Below, piece after piece: positions 41,151-50,408 of a DNA stretch of 64,000 nt. Both the position numbers and the translations under genes were made by a program. Each line of letters opens with the position of its first letter. The stretch's first letter is position 1. Origin of the DNA: a bacterium (GTDB lineage Bacteria > UBA10199 > 2-02-FULL-44-16 > JAAZCA01); assembly GCA_963674695.2 (NCBI GenBank), contig CAXXGI010000003.1, forward strand, positions 704,001-768,000, read 5' to 3'. The notes below the pieces were generated by a model. The model ran no database searches and was not told where the DNA came from. It worked only from the letters and a program-made list of their open reading frames with translations.

Positions 41151-42218
41151 ATGTCGGAAAGCCAAAACACGATCGCCATCCGCTGCGACCAGATCCGGCA
41201 ATCGGATCAACGCGAGAGCTGTGCCTATTATGTGGAGAGCTGTTTCGAACAGCGCGAACAGATCGCATCGGGCGGCGAGGAGGCACCGGACGGGTATCAA
41301 CTGCTGCAACCGGACGGACGATCGACCTCGCTGAGCAGCTTCAATCGGTGTCTCGATGCCGCGTCATTCATGCCGACCTATTACGGTCCGCTCCCGGAAT
41401 CTGTGCTCGCCACCAGAGAGATAGCGAAAGAAACACCGAAGGCGGATGATGACGTCGTCGAGGAGGAAGTCGTCGAGGAACCTGATGATGTCGAAGAAGA
41501 GGTCATCGATGAGACGGATGATACGATCGAAGAAGCGGATGATGCGATTGATGAGGATGAGGATGCAATCGACGATGACGAAGAGGATGAAGAGGAGACC
41601 GAGTATCCCCACTGCGCCTCCTTCGATGCCGGCAGCGCGGCGTTTACCCGTTGCACGGAAGTCAGCGACATCTGCATGGACGAAGAACCGCCCTATTCCC
41701 TCCCCGTCGGAGAACAGACCTTAACGGTCCACTCCGAAGAGAACTGTCTGAAGTGGGCCCAGCGTATCGCCCGAAGCACGCCGAGCAAGAAGGGCAGGAC
41801 GCGGAAGAAAAAAACGCGGAAGAGACCGGCGCACCACAAATCGACCGAGTTCGCCCTCTGGCGTTCCGACGGCAAGACGCGATTCCATGTTCCGCTCGAC
41901 GAGGTCTCCGGTACGGATGGCACACGACTGGCCCTACGGGTGGGGAAACATCAGCGCGAAACATTTCGCCTGCGCTTCTATAAGGACGGGCAGATCTATG
42001 GCCCTGAGGTCAACTTCAACTACTCGCTCGAATCGACCGGCGGCGGGCGCTACCGCCTGACCTATACGATCTCCAACCGCAACGGCGGCGGCTCGGGCAA
42101 AAAACGCAGCATCACCATATCCGCCGACAAACGCGGCATCCGCGATACGCTGGTCTTTGGCATCAAAACACAGGAAAAGAACGCAACGGTCACATCGATC
42201 CAACTCGTAAAGATGTAG
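41151..42218 (+). CDS. Orphan protein: Cys-rich module, Asp/Glu tract, second Cys-rich module, Lys/Arg tract, beta-rich C-domain
   Basis: SD AGGAG; DDDVVEEE..DDDEEDEEE; KKGRTRKKKTRKR; no Sec signal peptide. Confidence 0.75.
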   Translation: MSESQNTIAIRCDQIRQSDQRESCAYYVESCFEQREQIASGGEEAPDGYQLLQPDGRSTSLSSFNRCLDAASFMPTYYGPLPESVLATREIAKETPKADDDVVEEEVVEEPDDVEEEVIDETDDTIEEADDAIDEDEDAIDDDEEDEEETEYPHCASFDAGSAAFTRCTEVSDICMDEEPPYSLPVGEQTLTVHSEENCLKWAQRIARSTPSKKGRTRKKKTRKRPAHHKSTEFALWRSDGKTRFHVPLDEVSGTDGTRLALRVGKHQRETFRLRFYKDGQIYGPEVNFNYSLESTGGGRYRLTYTISNRNGGGSGKKRSITISADKRGIRDTLVFGIKTQEKNATVTSIQLVKM

Positions 42219-42251
42219 AGAGAACCTGCAGGAAAATAACGATTTCGCCGA

Positions 42252-42330
42252 TTGGTGTCATTCCCGCGAAAGCGGGAATCTCGACTTTTCACGTACTTCG
42301 AGATTCCCGCTTTCGCGGGAATGACACCAA
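42252..42330. repeat. Family A palindromic repeat (long perfect arms)
   Basis: ttggtgtcattcccgcgaaagcgggaatctcga...tcgagattcccgctttcgcgggaatgacaccaa. Confidence 0.92.
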
Positions 42331-42374
42331 AAGTCCTTTCCCCGCCAGACTCTTCGTGCCCCCCCGACCGATCA

Positions 42375-44648
42375 CTATCCCTTCGTCTTTTTGTAGGAAC
42401 AGCCCTTCTGCGGGCAGGCGACGCTCGTCTCGCCTGTGCGTTTGGAATACTTCTCCACGAGAATGGCAAAACCACAATCGGGACAGGGACCGGCGACGGG
42501 CTTGTCCCAGCTGGCATACTTGCAATTCGGATAGCGGCTGCAACCGTAGAAGATACGGCCGCGGCGACTGCTCTTCTGGACGAGTTCGCCCTCTTTGCAT
42601 TCCGGACAGGCAACGCCGGTTCCGATAGAACGCGTCGTCTTGCATTCGGGATAGCGCGAGCAAGCGAGGAACTCCCCATAGCGACCGCGCCGCTTGATCA
42701 TGGGCGCACCGCAGGTCTCACAGACCTCATCCGTGCCCTCGACCTCCTGCACGACGATCTTCCCCTCGGCATCGTGCGTGAATTCCTTCGTATTGCGACA
42801 CTCCGGATATTGCGAACAGGCCAGGAATTCGCCGTGACGCCCCCAACGGATGACCATTTTATTTTTGCACTTCTCACAGACGATGTCGGTCTCAACGACC
42901 TCTTGCTTCACGTTGCGCATGCGATCGCGCGCCTCGGCCAAACGCTTCTCGAACGGCTTATAGAAATCGCTCAGGGCCTTGACCCACGCCACCTTTCCCT
43001 CCCCGACATCATCGAGCTCGCGCTCCATCTGCGCGGTGAAACCAATATCGAAGGTATCGGGAAAACTATCGATGAGCAGCTCGTTGACGAGCCTTCCCAA
43101 ATGCGTGGGGAAAAAGCGTTTCTCGATCTTATTCACATAATCCTTGTCCTGAATCGTGCTCATGATCGTGGCATAGGTGGAGGGACGTCCGATCCCCTTT
43201 TCTTCGAGCTCCTTGACCAAGGATGCCTCGGTGAAACGCGGGGGCGGCTGCGTGAAGTGCTGATGCGGATCGATCGCGTGCACGGTGAGCGTCTCCCCCT
43301 CGCTCAAATCCGGGAGCGTGGGATTTTCTTCCTCATCGCGCTCGGCCACCTCATCCACGCCCTCGAGATAGACGGAGATAAAACCCGGAAAACGCATCAC
43401 CTGGCCCGTCGCACGCAACAGAAACCGGCCCGCCTCGACGGTGAACTGCGTCTGATCGAAGACGGCGGGATTCATCTGGGATGCGACGAAGCGCTTCCAG
43501 ATCAGGTCGTAGAGCTTAAAAGCCGCCGGCTCCAAGAATTCCTTCACCCGCTCGGGGGGATGGTCCATGGACGTCGGGCGAATCGCCTCGTGCGCCTCCT
43601 GTGCCCCCTTCTTGCTGCGATATTGAACGGGTTTGCTGGGAAGATACTCCTTGCCATAACGCTCGCCGATGAAGGTGCGAACGGCTTCGATCGCGACGTC
43701 GGCGACGCGTGTGGAATCGGTGCGCATATAGGTGATGAGACCGATAGAACCTTCATCGCCGATCTCGATGCCCTCGTAGAGCATCTGTGCCAGCGCCATG
43801 GTGCGCTTGGCGGTAAACCCCAATTTTCGCGCCGCCTCCTGCTGCAACTTCGACGTGATGAACGGGGGCGCCGGGCGCCGTTTGCGCTCGGAGCGTTTGA
43901 TCGTCGATAGCGTAAAGGTGGAGCGCTTCAGTTCATCGACGACATCGGTCGCGGCACCCTCTTGCCCCAGCTCAAAGTTCTCGTTATCGATTTTGACGAG
44001 CTTGGCCTCAAACGGCGGTGCCTTGCTCCCCTCGAGATTGGCGACGATGGACCAATATTCCTTTGAGTCGAAGGCCTCGATCTCATCCTCGCGCTCGCAG
44101 ACGATGCGCACCGCAACCGTCTGCACGCGCCCGGCGGAGAGCCCCCGCCGCACCTTCTCCCACAGGATGGGACTCACCTTATAACCGACGAGTCGATCGA
44201 GGACGCGCCGAGCCTGCTGCGCTTCGAACAGATGCGTATCGATCTCGGTGGGGGATGCGATGGCTTCCTGGATCGCCCCTTTGGTGATCTCATTGAAACG
44301 CGCGCGACAGATCCTCGGGCCGGAGTCCCCCTTCTTCGACTTCGTCGCTTTGCGAATGCGATCGGCGATGTGCCAGGCGATGGCCTCCCCCTCACGATCG
44401 GGATCGGGGGCCAGATAGACCACGTCTGACTTCTTCGCGGCATCGGTGATCTGCTTGAGGACCTTCGTCTTTCCGCGGATGACGACATACTTCGGCGCAA
44501 ACCCATCCTCGACATCGACCCCCAGTTCGCGCGGGGGGAGATCGACCACATGGCCGACGCTGGCCATGACGGAATAGCCCTTGCCCAGATATTTTTTGAT
44601 CGTTTTGGCCTTGGCCGGAGATTCGACGATGACGAGTGCTTTTTCCAT
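42375..44648 (-). CDS. topA: DNA topoisomerase I
   Basis: LVIVESPAKAKTI, DPDREGEAIAWH, SAGRVQ, ITYMRTDS, C-terminal Zn ribbons; start MEKAL at 44648. Confidence 0.97.
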   Translation of the reverse strand: MEKALVIVESPAKAKTIKKYLGKGYSVMASVGHVVDLPPRELGVDVEDGFAPKYVVIRGKTKVLKQITDAAKKSDVVYLAPDPDREGEAIAWHIADRIRKATKSKKGDSGPRICRARFNEITKGAIQEAIASPTEIDTHLFEAQQARRVLDRLVGYKVSPILWEKVRRGLSAGRVQTVAVRIVCEREDEIEAFDSKEYWSIVANLEGSKAPPFEAKLVKIDNENFELGQEGAATDVVDELKRSTFTLSTIKRSERKRRPAPPFITSKLQQEAARKLGFTAKRTMALAQMLYEGIEIGDEGSIGLITYMRTDSTRVADVAIEAVRTFIGERYGKEYLPSKPVQYRSKKGAQEAHEAIRPTSMDHPPERVKEFLEPAAFKLYDLIWKRFVASQMNPAVFDQTQFTVEAGRFLLRATGQVMRFPGFISVYLEGVDEVAERDEEENPTLPDLSEGETLTVHAIDPHQHFTQPPPRFTEASLVKELEEKGIGRPSTYATIMSTIQDKDYVNKIEKRFFPTHLGRLVNELLIDSFPDTFDIGFTAQMERELDDVGEGKVAWVKALSDFYKPFEKRLAEARDRMRNVKQEVVETDIVCEKCKNKMVIRWGRHGEFLACSQYPECRNTKEFTHDAEGKIVVQEVEGTDEVCETCGAPMIKRRGRYGEFLACSRYPECKTTRSIGTGVACPECKEGELVQKSSRRGRIFYGCSRYPNCKYASWDKPVAGPCPDCGFAILVEKYSKRTGETSVACPQKGCSYKKTKG

Positions 44649-44664
44649 GGATCTCCTAAGGACG

Positions 44665-44691
44665 GTGACTCGTGACTCGTAACTCGTGACT
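44665..44691. repeat. Heptamer array (GTRACTC)x4
   Basis: gtgactcgtgactcgtaactcgtgact between dprA and topA. Confidence 0.8.
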
Positions 44692-44712
44692 GGTAGAGGC
44701 ACAATCGAATCA

Positions 44713-45822
44713 CTAATCACCGTTCAATCGATACCGCCGACCGGACAGTTCCTCCACATCCCCTTCAATGACCAGGCGCGAGAGTGTTGCCATCACTTCC
44801 GACGCCTCGAGATCCGTTCGAACGATGATCTCATCGATCGTACGTCCCTTCCGCTTTCCGAGCGCATTCAAAATCGGGCAGTGCTTACCCACATCAACCT
44901 GACATTGTCCAGGGCTTTTGGAAAAACGGTAACGAAGAAGAGGACTTGCGATCAATTCGCGAACATCGCGACCGCATTCGACCAATGCCGCTCCATCGCG
45001 CAGAAGGCTGTTGACCCCCCGTGCCGCAGCGGTGCCCCCCTGGCCGGGGACGGCACCGACTTCACGCCCCTGCTCGAGAGCCAGCCGCGCCGTGATGAGA
45101 CTGCCGCTGCGCTCGGCCGCCTCGATGACGATCGTCGCTATGGCAAGCCCGCTGATGATGCGATTACGTTGCGGAAAGAAGGATCGTTCCGGCTCGCGCC
45201 CCAGCGGAAACTCGGAGAGGAGCAATCCCGCCTGCAGGATCTCGTGCGCCAGATCCCTGTTGCTCGCGGGATAGAGGATGTCGGGACCGCACCCAAAGAC
45301 GGCGACCGTCTGACCCATGCCCGCCAGCGCCCCCCTATGAGCGGCTGCATCGATGCCATAGGCCATGCCGCTGACGACGATGACCCCCGCCTCGGCCAAC
45401 TCACCGGCGATCTGAGCGGTAACGTTGCATCCATGCCTCGTCGCTCGACGCGACCCGACGATGGCCACACAGGGGCCAGACAAGGCATCGCGTAACGCTC
45501 CGCGCACCACCAGCACCGGCGGCGGATCGACGATCTCAGCCAGGAGCGGTGGATAAGCCTCATCGCCGAGGGCAATGATCTGGGCCCCCATCGCATCGAC
45601 CGCGCGGCAGCGTCGCTGCATCTCGTCCCAGCGATCGAAGTGGGAAAAGCGATCGAAGAGGGCACGGCGATTGCCAAACCGTTCCCGAAGACGGCGACGG
45701 GGCTCTTGAAAGATGCAACGCGCCGATCCCGCCTCAGCGAGCAGGCCTCGTGCAATCGTGGGTGCCTGAAAAAAGAGTTCCTGCAGGGCGAGCAAAAAAA
45801 TCCGCTCGTCTCGGTCGGACAT
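44713..45822 (-). CDS. dprA: DNA-processing protein DprA/Smf
   Basis: AIVGSRRAT, VSGMAYGIDAAAH, FPQRNRIISGL, EAAERSGSLITA. Confidence 0.95.
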   Translation of the reverse strand: MSDRDERIFLLALQELFFQAPTIARGLLAEAGSARCIFQEPRRRLRERFGNRRALFDRFSHFDRWDEMQRRCRAVDAMGAQIIALGDEAYPPLLAEIVDPPPVLVVRGALRDALSGPCVAIVGSRRATRHGCNVTAQIAGELAEAGVIVVSGMAYGIDAAAHRGALAGMGQTVAVFGCGPDILYPASNRDLAHEILQAGLLLSEFPLGREPERSFFPQRNRIISGLAIATIVIEAAERSGSLITARLALEQGREVGAVPGQGGTAAARGVNSLLRDGAALVECGRDVRELIASPLLRYRFSKSPGQCQVDVGKHCPILNALGKRKGRTIDEIIVRTDLEASEVMATLSRLVIEGDVEELSGRRYRLNGD

Positions 45823-45903
45823 GGGAACCTCCCTAGATCCCCCGCTTGACCTGGCACGAGCGGAAAAACATTCAAGAACAGTACCTTACTTCATATGTCT
45901 AAA

Positions 45904-46263
45904 CTAAGAGTTGAAGCCCTCTTCCCCCGAAGGCGCCGTCTGCGGTGGAACCGGCGGTGCCCCGGTTGGGGATGCCGCTACGGCCTGCCCCTCATCCACC
46001 CGCTCCTTGAGCTCCTTGCCCACCTTGAAAAAGGGAAGCCGCTTCGGCTTGACCTGGATAGACTGCCCGGTGCGCGGATTTCGGCCGGTATAGGCGCCGT
46101 ATTCCTTGACGACGAAGCTCCCTAACCCCCTGATTTCGATGCGATCGCCACGTTTCATGGCCTCGATCATCGAATCGAAGATGAGGTTGACCACGTCCTC
46201 CGCACGTTTCTTCGTGATTTTCGACTTCTCGGAGACTACCTCGATGAGTTCTGACTTGTTCAT
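45904..46263 (-). CDS. ihfB: Integration host factor beta / HU family
   Basis: MNKSELI..RIEIRGLGSF..GRNPRTG..PFFKVGKELKERVD. Confidence 0.85.
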   Translation of the reverse strand: MNKSELIEVVSEKSKITKKRAEDVVNLIFDSMIEAMKRGDRIEIRGLGSFVVKEYGAYTGRNPRTGQSIQVKPKRLPFFKVGKELKERVDEGQAVAASPTGAPPVPPQTAPSGEEGFNS

Positions 46264-46449
46264 CACTCACCTCATTTCGTGTAATTCGTGGATATCACTG
46301 ACAAAATTAGCAGTATGCCCCGCGACTGTCAAGGGTCAATTTTGAGAATTTACCGGGAATTCTAAGGGGTTACCTGATCCGCTCGAAACCGCGCCCTGCG
46401 GGCATTTCTCGGTGGTAGCTGTGGATAAGTATCGCGTGCGGCGGCGACA

Positions 46450-47094
46450 TCAGGATGATCGGCGAACCGCCAGGAGGTTGCGCTCACGTTCGGTCGGATA
46501 GGCCCAGGCCTTCTCGAAGCGCTCGATCGAGACGCAGAGATCGGGCTTTGGCGGCAGACCCGGATCGTGCAGCCGGACGGTATCATCATTCACATCGACG
46601 ACGACGACGAAGTGCCCGGAGTATCCCTCTCGCCCGTGCAGGAGAGCCGCGTTCAGATTGACGATGACCACCGCCCCCGCATCGATCTGTTCGCGCAGAT
46701 CCACGAGCGTCGGCAGGCGATACGTGAGCGGCGCATGCGCCATGAAACGTCGCGCAATCTCGACCTCCTGCACCAGGTCGCTCTGCGCGATCTGTGCCTG
46801 CCCCACTTCTTCGCCAAAGCGTTCGATCAGATAGTCGCCGCCCCGATCGACGAAGGCAGCGTAGTCGAACTCCTCGATGAGCAGGAGGTCGAGCCCCTCA
46901 TCGAGCATCCAGAGCATCGCCGCTGTGGGCCAGGTCCATTTTCCTGGGAGCTTGCGCGAAATAGAGTCGAGTTCGTCGTAGGTGAAGGAGCGCTCCGGCA
47001 TCAGCTCGCCCAGGGCCATCATGAGTGCGGCCTGCCAGCAGTGCGTTCCGTCACCCGTATTGGAATGAAAGGGAATGGTTCTGTCCGCTGTCAC
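46450..47094 (-). CDS. Peptidase C39-like (papain-fold) protein
   Basis: THCWQAALMMAL (Cys) and GHFVVVVD..VRLHDPG (His/Asp); GTG start just after the purF stop. Confidence 0.65.
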   Translation of the reverse strand: MTADRTIPFHSNTGDGTHCWQAALMMALGELMPERSFTYDELDSISRKLPGKWTWPTAAMLWMLDEGLDLLLIEEFDYAAFVDRGGDYLIERFGEEVGQAQIAQSDLVQEVEIARRFMAHAPLTYRLPTLVDLREQIDAGAVVIVNLNAALLHGREGYSGHFVVVVDVNDDTVRLHDPGLPPKPDLCVSIERFEKAWAYPTERERNLLAVRRSS

Positions 47095-47098
47095 GACC

Positions 47099-48487
47099 CT
47101 ACTCCCCCGTCCAGCAGTAGAGGCAAAGACGGTCGCGCGGCAGGCCAATCGCCTCGACCATGTCGTCGATGGTCTGATACATGAGGGTGGTCACGCCGAT
47201 ATCGGAGGTGATCCAGTCGATCATCTTTCCGTACTTCTCGGTCGTATGATCGAGGTAGGCCTCGACCCCCTCGATGTCGCGTCCCTCGATCGCACGAATG
47301 GCGCGACGAGCGACCAGCTCTTTGCGCGTGCGCGTGGAGATGTTGAACTTGCACGGAAACATGAGCGGCGGACAAGCCGGTCGCACATGGATCTCTTTGG
47401 CGCCACACTGATTGAGTTTTTCCACCGTAAAGCTCTTCAGCTGCGTGCCGCGCACGATCGAGTCCTCGCAGATGAGCACGCTCTTGCCCTCGATGAGCTC
47501 CCGCACGGGGATAAGCTTCATCTTCGCCACGCGATCACGCTCGGCCTGCGTGGGCGGCGTGTAGCTGCGACCATACCCCGGCGTATACTTCACCAACGGT
47601 CGACGGTAGGGCACGCCCGATTCCATGGCATAGCCGATGGCATGCGCCACACCCGACTCCGGCACGCCGCCGACGATGTCCGGCTTGACCGTGTCTCGGC
47701 GTGCCAGACATGCCCCGCAGCGCTCGCGCACGAGCTCGGCGTTGATTCCCTCGTAGTCGGAAGCGGGAAACCCCGTGTAGATCCAGAGGAAGGAGCAAAT
47801 CTTGCAATCTTTTTCCGCATCGCGCACGGTTCGTGGCCCCTCCTCATCGATGAAGACGATCTCCCCCGGGCCCAGATATTTCTGAATGTCATACCCCAAA
47901 TTCACCAGCGCCCCGGATTCGGTCGTCACCGTCCAACCCTTTTCCCCCTTGCCCAGAATCAGCGGCGAACATCCGCGCCGATCGCGCGCGGCGAACATCC
48001 CCTTCTCGGTGAGAATAAGCATCGAGCAGGAACCCTCGATTCGGTCGAAGACCTTCTCGATGCCCGACTCCACGCTGTCGCCCTCGTTGATGAGCTTGGC
48101 CACCAACTCCACCTGGTTGATCTTGCCACGCCGCACCTCGGTAAAGGAATGCCCACGGTCGAAGAGCTCTTTGGCAATATCCTCGGCGTTGTCGATCCAG
48201 CCGTTCATGACGAGGGCGAAGCGGCCGAATCGCGTATTCATCGTGATGGGCTGCTCCTGCTTGGCGCTCACCGCACCGATGCCGCGCTGTCCCTTGAGAA
48301 ATGCACGTTCGTCGTGAAATTTCCCTTTGAACTGCGTGGAGCGCAGCGAATGGATCTTGCGCACGAGTTCGTCGCCCCAGACCGCCACGCCGCCATAGGC
48401 CGTACCCAAATGGGAATGATAGTCGGTTCCGTAATACAGGGTTTCCGTGCAGTCATTTTTTTCCACCACGCCGAAGATGCCGCTCAT
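47099..48487 (-). CDS. purF: Amidophosphoribosyltransferase (variant lacking the N-terminal Cys)
   Basis: MSGIFGVV start after SD AGGAGG; PRT motif EDSIVRGTQ; Fe-S Cys motifs CSFLWIY, CPP..PC, CLYCWTG. Confidence 0.88.
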   Translation of the reverse strand: MSGIFGVVEKNDCTETLYYGTDYHSHLGTAYGGVAVWGDELVRKIHSLRSTQFKGKFHDERAFLKGQRGIGAVSAKQEQPITMNTRFGRFALVMNGWIDNAEDIAKELFDRGHSFTEVRRGKINQVELVAKLINEGDSVESGIEKVFDRIEGSCSMLILTEKGMFAARDRRGCSPLILGKGEKGWTVTTESGALVNLGYDIQKYLGPGEIVFIDEEGPRTVRDAEKDCKICSFLWIYTGFPASDYEGINAELVRERCGACLARRDTVKPDIVGGVPESGVAHAIGYAMESGVPYRRPLVKYTPGYGRSYTPPTQAERDRVAKMKLIPVRELIEGKSVLICEDSIVRGTQLKSFTVEKLNQCGAKEIHVRPACPPLMFPCKFNISTRTRKELVARRAIRAIEGRDIEGVEAYLDHTTEKYGKMIDWITSDIGVTTLMYQTIDDMVEAIGLPRDRLCLYCWTGE

Positions 48488-48551
48488 GTTCGTCCTCCTG
48501 AAAAAGTTGAGGTGGTGGCGTAACAATGATCTGCGGTGAAGACAAGCCCAT

Positions 48552-48581
48552 AAAAAAACGGCATCGCTTGTGCGATGCCGA
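48552..48581 (-). terminator. Intrinsic terminator, identical to 50296-50325
   Basis: aaaaaaacggcatcgcttgtgcgatgccga. Confidence 0.75.
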
Positions 48582-48611
48582 CATGACGCCCACAAATAAT
48601 TTCCCCGCGGC

Positions 48612-50099
48612 TTATTCATACGGATCGGTCAGCAGGAGTCCGTCGGCAATCTGGGTGATCGTCGTGCTCGCCTCCCAATCGTTGAGCGGCGTAAAATCCA
48701 TGTTCATCCCCCAGAGAAAATAGGAATCCGGAAACGCATTGATCCGCGCGCGCGCGATCGCATAGGCATCCGGGTCGCCCTCCCATCGATATTCCATGAG
48801 GATGCCCGCGATGACGTTATCATAATAGGGGTTCCCATCCTGACCCGTCGTCTCCTCGGCCGGGAGCAGATAGCCCGCCCAGGAGATGCTCGTGTTATAG
48901 GTGGGCGCCTGCACCCCGCCGGTGAAGGCGTTATAGAAATCGTAGACCTCATTCACCAGGGCGGTGGCCCCCTCATATTTATAGAGTCCATTGAGCGCAT
49001 AGGCGACCGAATCGCCATAGACATGTTTATCCCCGATGCGACTCCAATCGTTTTCGCCATCGCCGTAACAGCCGTACGGCGTGAAGGTCTCATAGCCATC
49101 GCGCAGTCCGTCGATCAGGACGGAATCGCGTAGCTCCTGCGCCCATTGCGCATAGTCCGCGTTCCCCGTCACCTGGCCCAGCATCTTGAGCGGATGCAAC
49201 GCCATGAGCATCTTCATCTTGAGCGAATTATCGAATGCCGTCGATGCCGGATAGATGATGTAGCGCTCCGAGATCCCGCCCTGATAAAGGGGAGTCACCA
49301 GGTTGAGATTCGGGCAGCCATCCTTCGATTCCAACTGAAACGCCTTCCAGAGGGAATCGTTCGGCGTCTGCATTCCTCGGATAAACGCCGCGGCCTCCTC
49401 GGCTGAGGTCAGATAGCGAGCATCGCCCGTGATCGCATAGATATCGAGGAGCGCCTCAATGCAGAAGCCCGCGCCGATCGGATAGAAGTACTGCGTCTGC
49501 CCTTCGGCCATCGATGCCTGCGAGGAGTAAAAAGCACCGTCGAGGAGCTGTTGGCGTTTCTCCACATAGAAGTTCCCGCCGTATTCGCCATCGTCATGAT
49601 ACTGCTGCGTCAGGATAAACTCGGCCAGCGTTATCATCTTATCGTAGACCTGCGCATCCTCCTCAATGATCTCATAATAATGCGAGAGAAACGTCAGCGG
49701 AATGCAGGCCGACTGAACGCGAATCGGGCCCTCCTCCGGACCGTACTCTCCGGTCACGACATTGCGTTTGAGGTTCGGCGCGTGATCTAGAATCCAATCC
49801 TTGGCATCGGTGATGAAGGGCAAAACAACCGGTCCATCGACCTCCTCGCCATCATCATCATCGCCTGCAACAACATCGTCATCGTCGCCTGTAACAACAT
49901 CATCAGCATCATCGTCATCCCCGGCAAGCTCCTCGACCGATGCCGGGCCTTCACCCTGTTCATCCGCGGCATTGATCCCTTCACCCAAACTGCCCTCGCC
50001 AACGTTCACCCGTGCCGTGCACCCAAACGCGATGAAGAGAAAGAGAGACGCAATGAGCACTCCCAGCCTGATGATCTGTTTTCGGTTCCACGCGAGCAT
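48612..50099 (-). CDS. Lipoprotein with GDDDD acidic linker and probable alpha/alpha-toroid (six-hairpin-like) domain
   Basis: SD GAGGAG; lipobox IAFGC; GDDDD repeats; ALLDIYAITGDARYLTSAEEAAAFI and LGQVTGNADYAQWA repeats typical of (alpha/alpha)6 barrels. Confidence 0.65.
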   Translation of the reverse strand: MLAWNRKQIIRLGVLIASLFLFIAFGCTARVNVGEGSLGEGINAADEQGEGPASVEELAGDDDDADDVVTGDDDDVVAGDDDDGEEVDGPVVLPFITDAKDWILDHAPNLKRNVVTGEYGPEEGPIRVQSACIPLTFLSHYYEIIEEDAQVYDKMITLAEFILTQQYHDDGEYGGNFYVEKRQQLLDGAFYSSQASMAEGQTQYFYPIGAGFCIEALLDIYAITGDARYLTSAEEAAAFIRGMQTPNDSLWKAFQLESKDGCPNLNLVTPLYQGGISERYIIYPASTAFDNSLKMKMLMALHPLKMLGQVTGNADYAQWAQELRDSVLIDGLRDGYETFTPYGCYGDGENDWSRIGDKHVYGDSVAYALNGLYKYEGATALVNEVYDFYNAFTGGVQAPTYNTSISWAGYLLPAEETTGQDGNPYYDNVIAGILMEYRWEGDPDAYAIARARINAFPDSYFLWGMNMDFTPLNDWEASTTITQIADGLLLTDPYE

Positions 50100-50295
50100 A
50101 GATCTCCTCACCACACACAGGGACACACATCCGCCCAAGCGCACGTCGTATAATGATAGCATGCCAATGGACGGATAGTCCAGGGGCAGTTCGCGTAACT
50201 TCTTGTTTTTATAACTTTTTATTTTGTCGCGGAGGTGATTGCAGGACAATTTTGCTTCATCTCATGGTGCCCTTCGTCTGAAGCTTCACGAAACA

Positions 50296-50325
50296 AAAAA
50301 AACGGCATCGCTTGTGCGATGCCGA
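50296..50325 (-). terminator. Intrinsic terminator after tRNA-Arg
   Basis: Hairpin cggcatcgc/gcgatgccg with a U tract on the minus strand. Confidence 0.75.
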
Positions 50326-50329
50326 TGGG

Positions 50330-50402
50330 TGGGCCTGGCAGGATTCGAACCTGCGACCCTCTGCTTAGGAGGCAGATGCTCTATCCCCTGAGCTACAAGC
50401 CC
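50330..50402 (-). tRNA. tRNA-Arg(CCT)
   Basis: Reverse complement gives GGGCTTG..GCTCAGGGGATAGAGC A TCTGC-CTCCTAA-GCAGA..GCAGGTTCGAATCCTGC CAGGCCC A. Confidence 0.95.
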
Positions 50403-50408
50403 TGGTGA

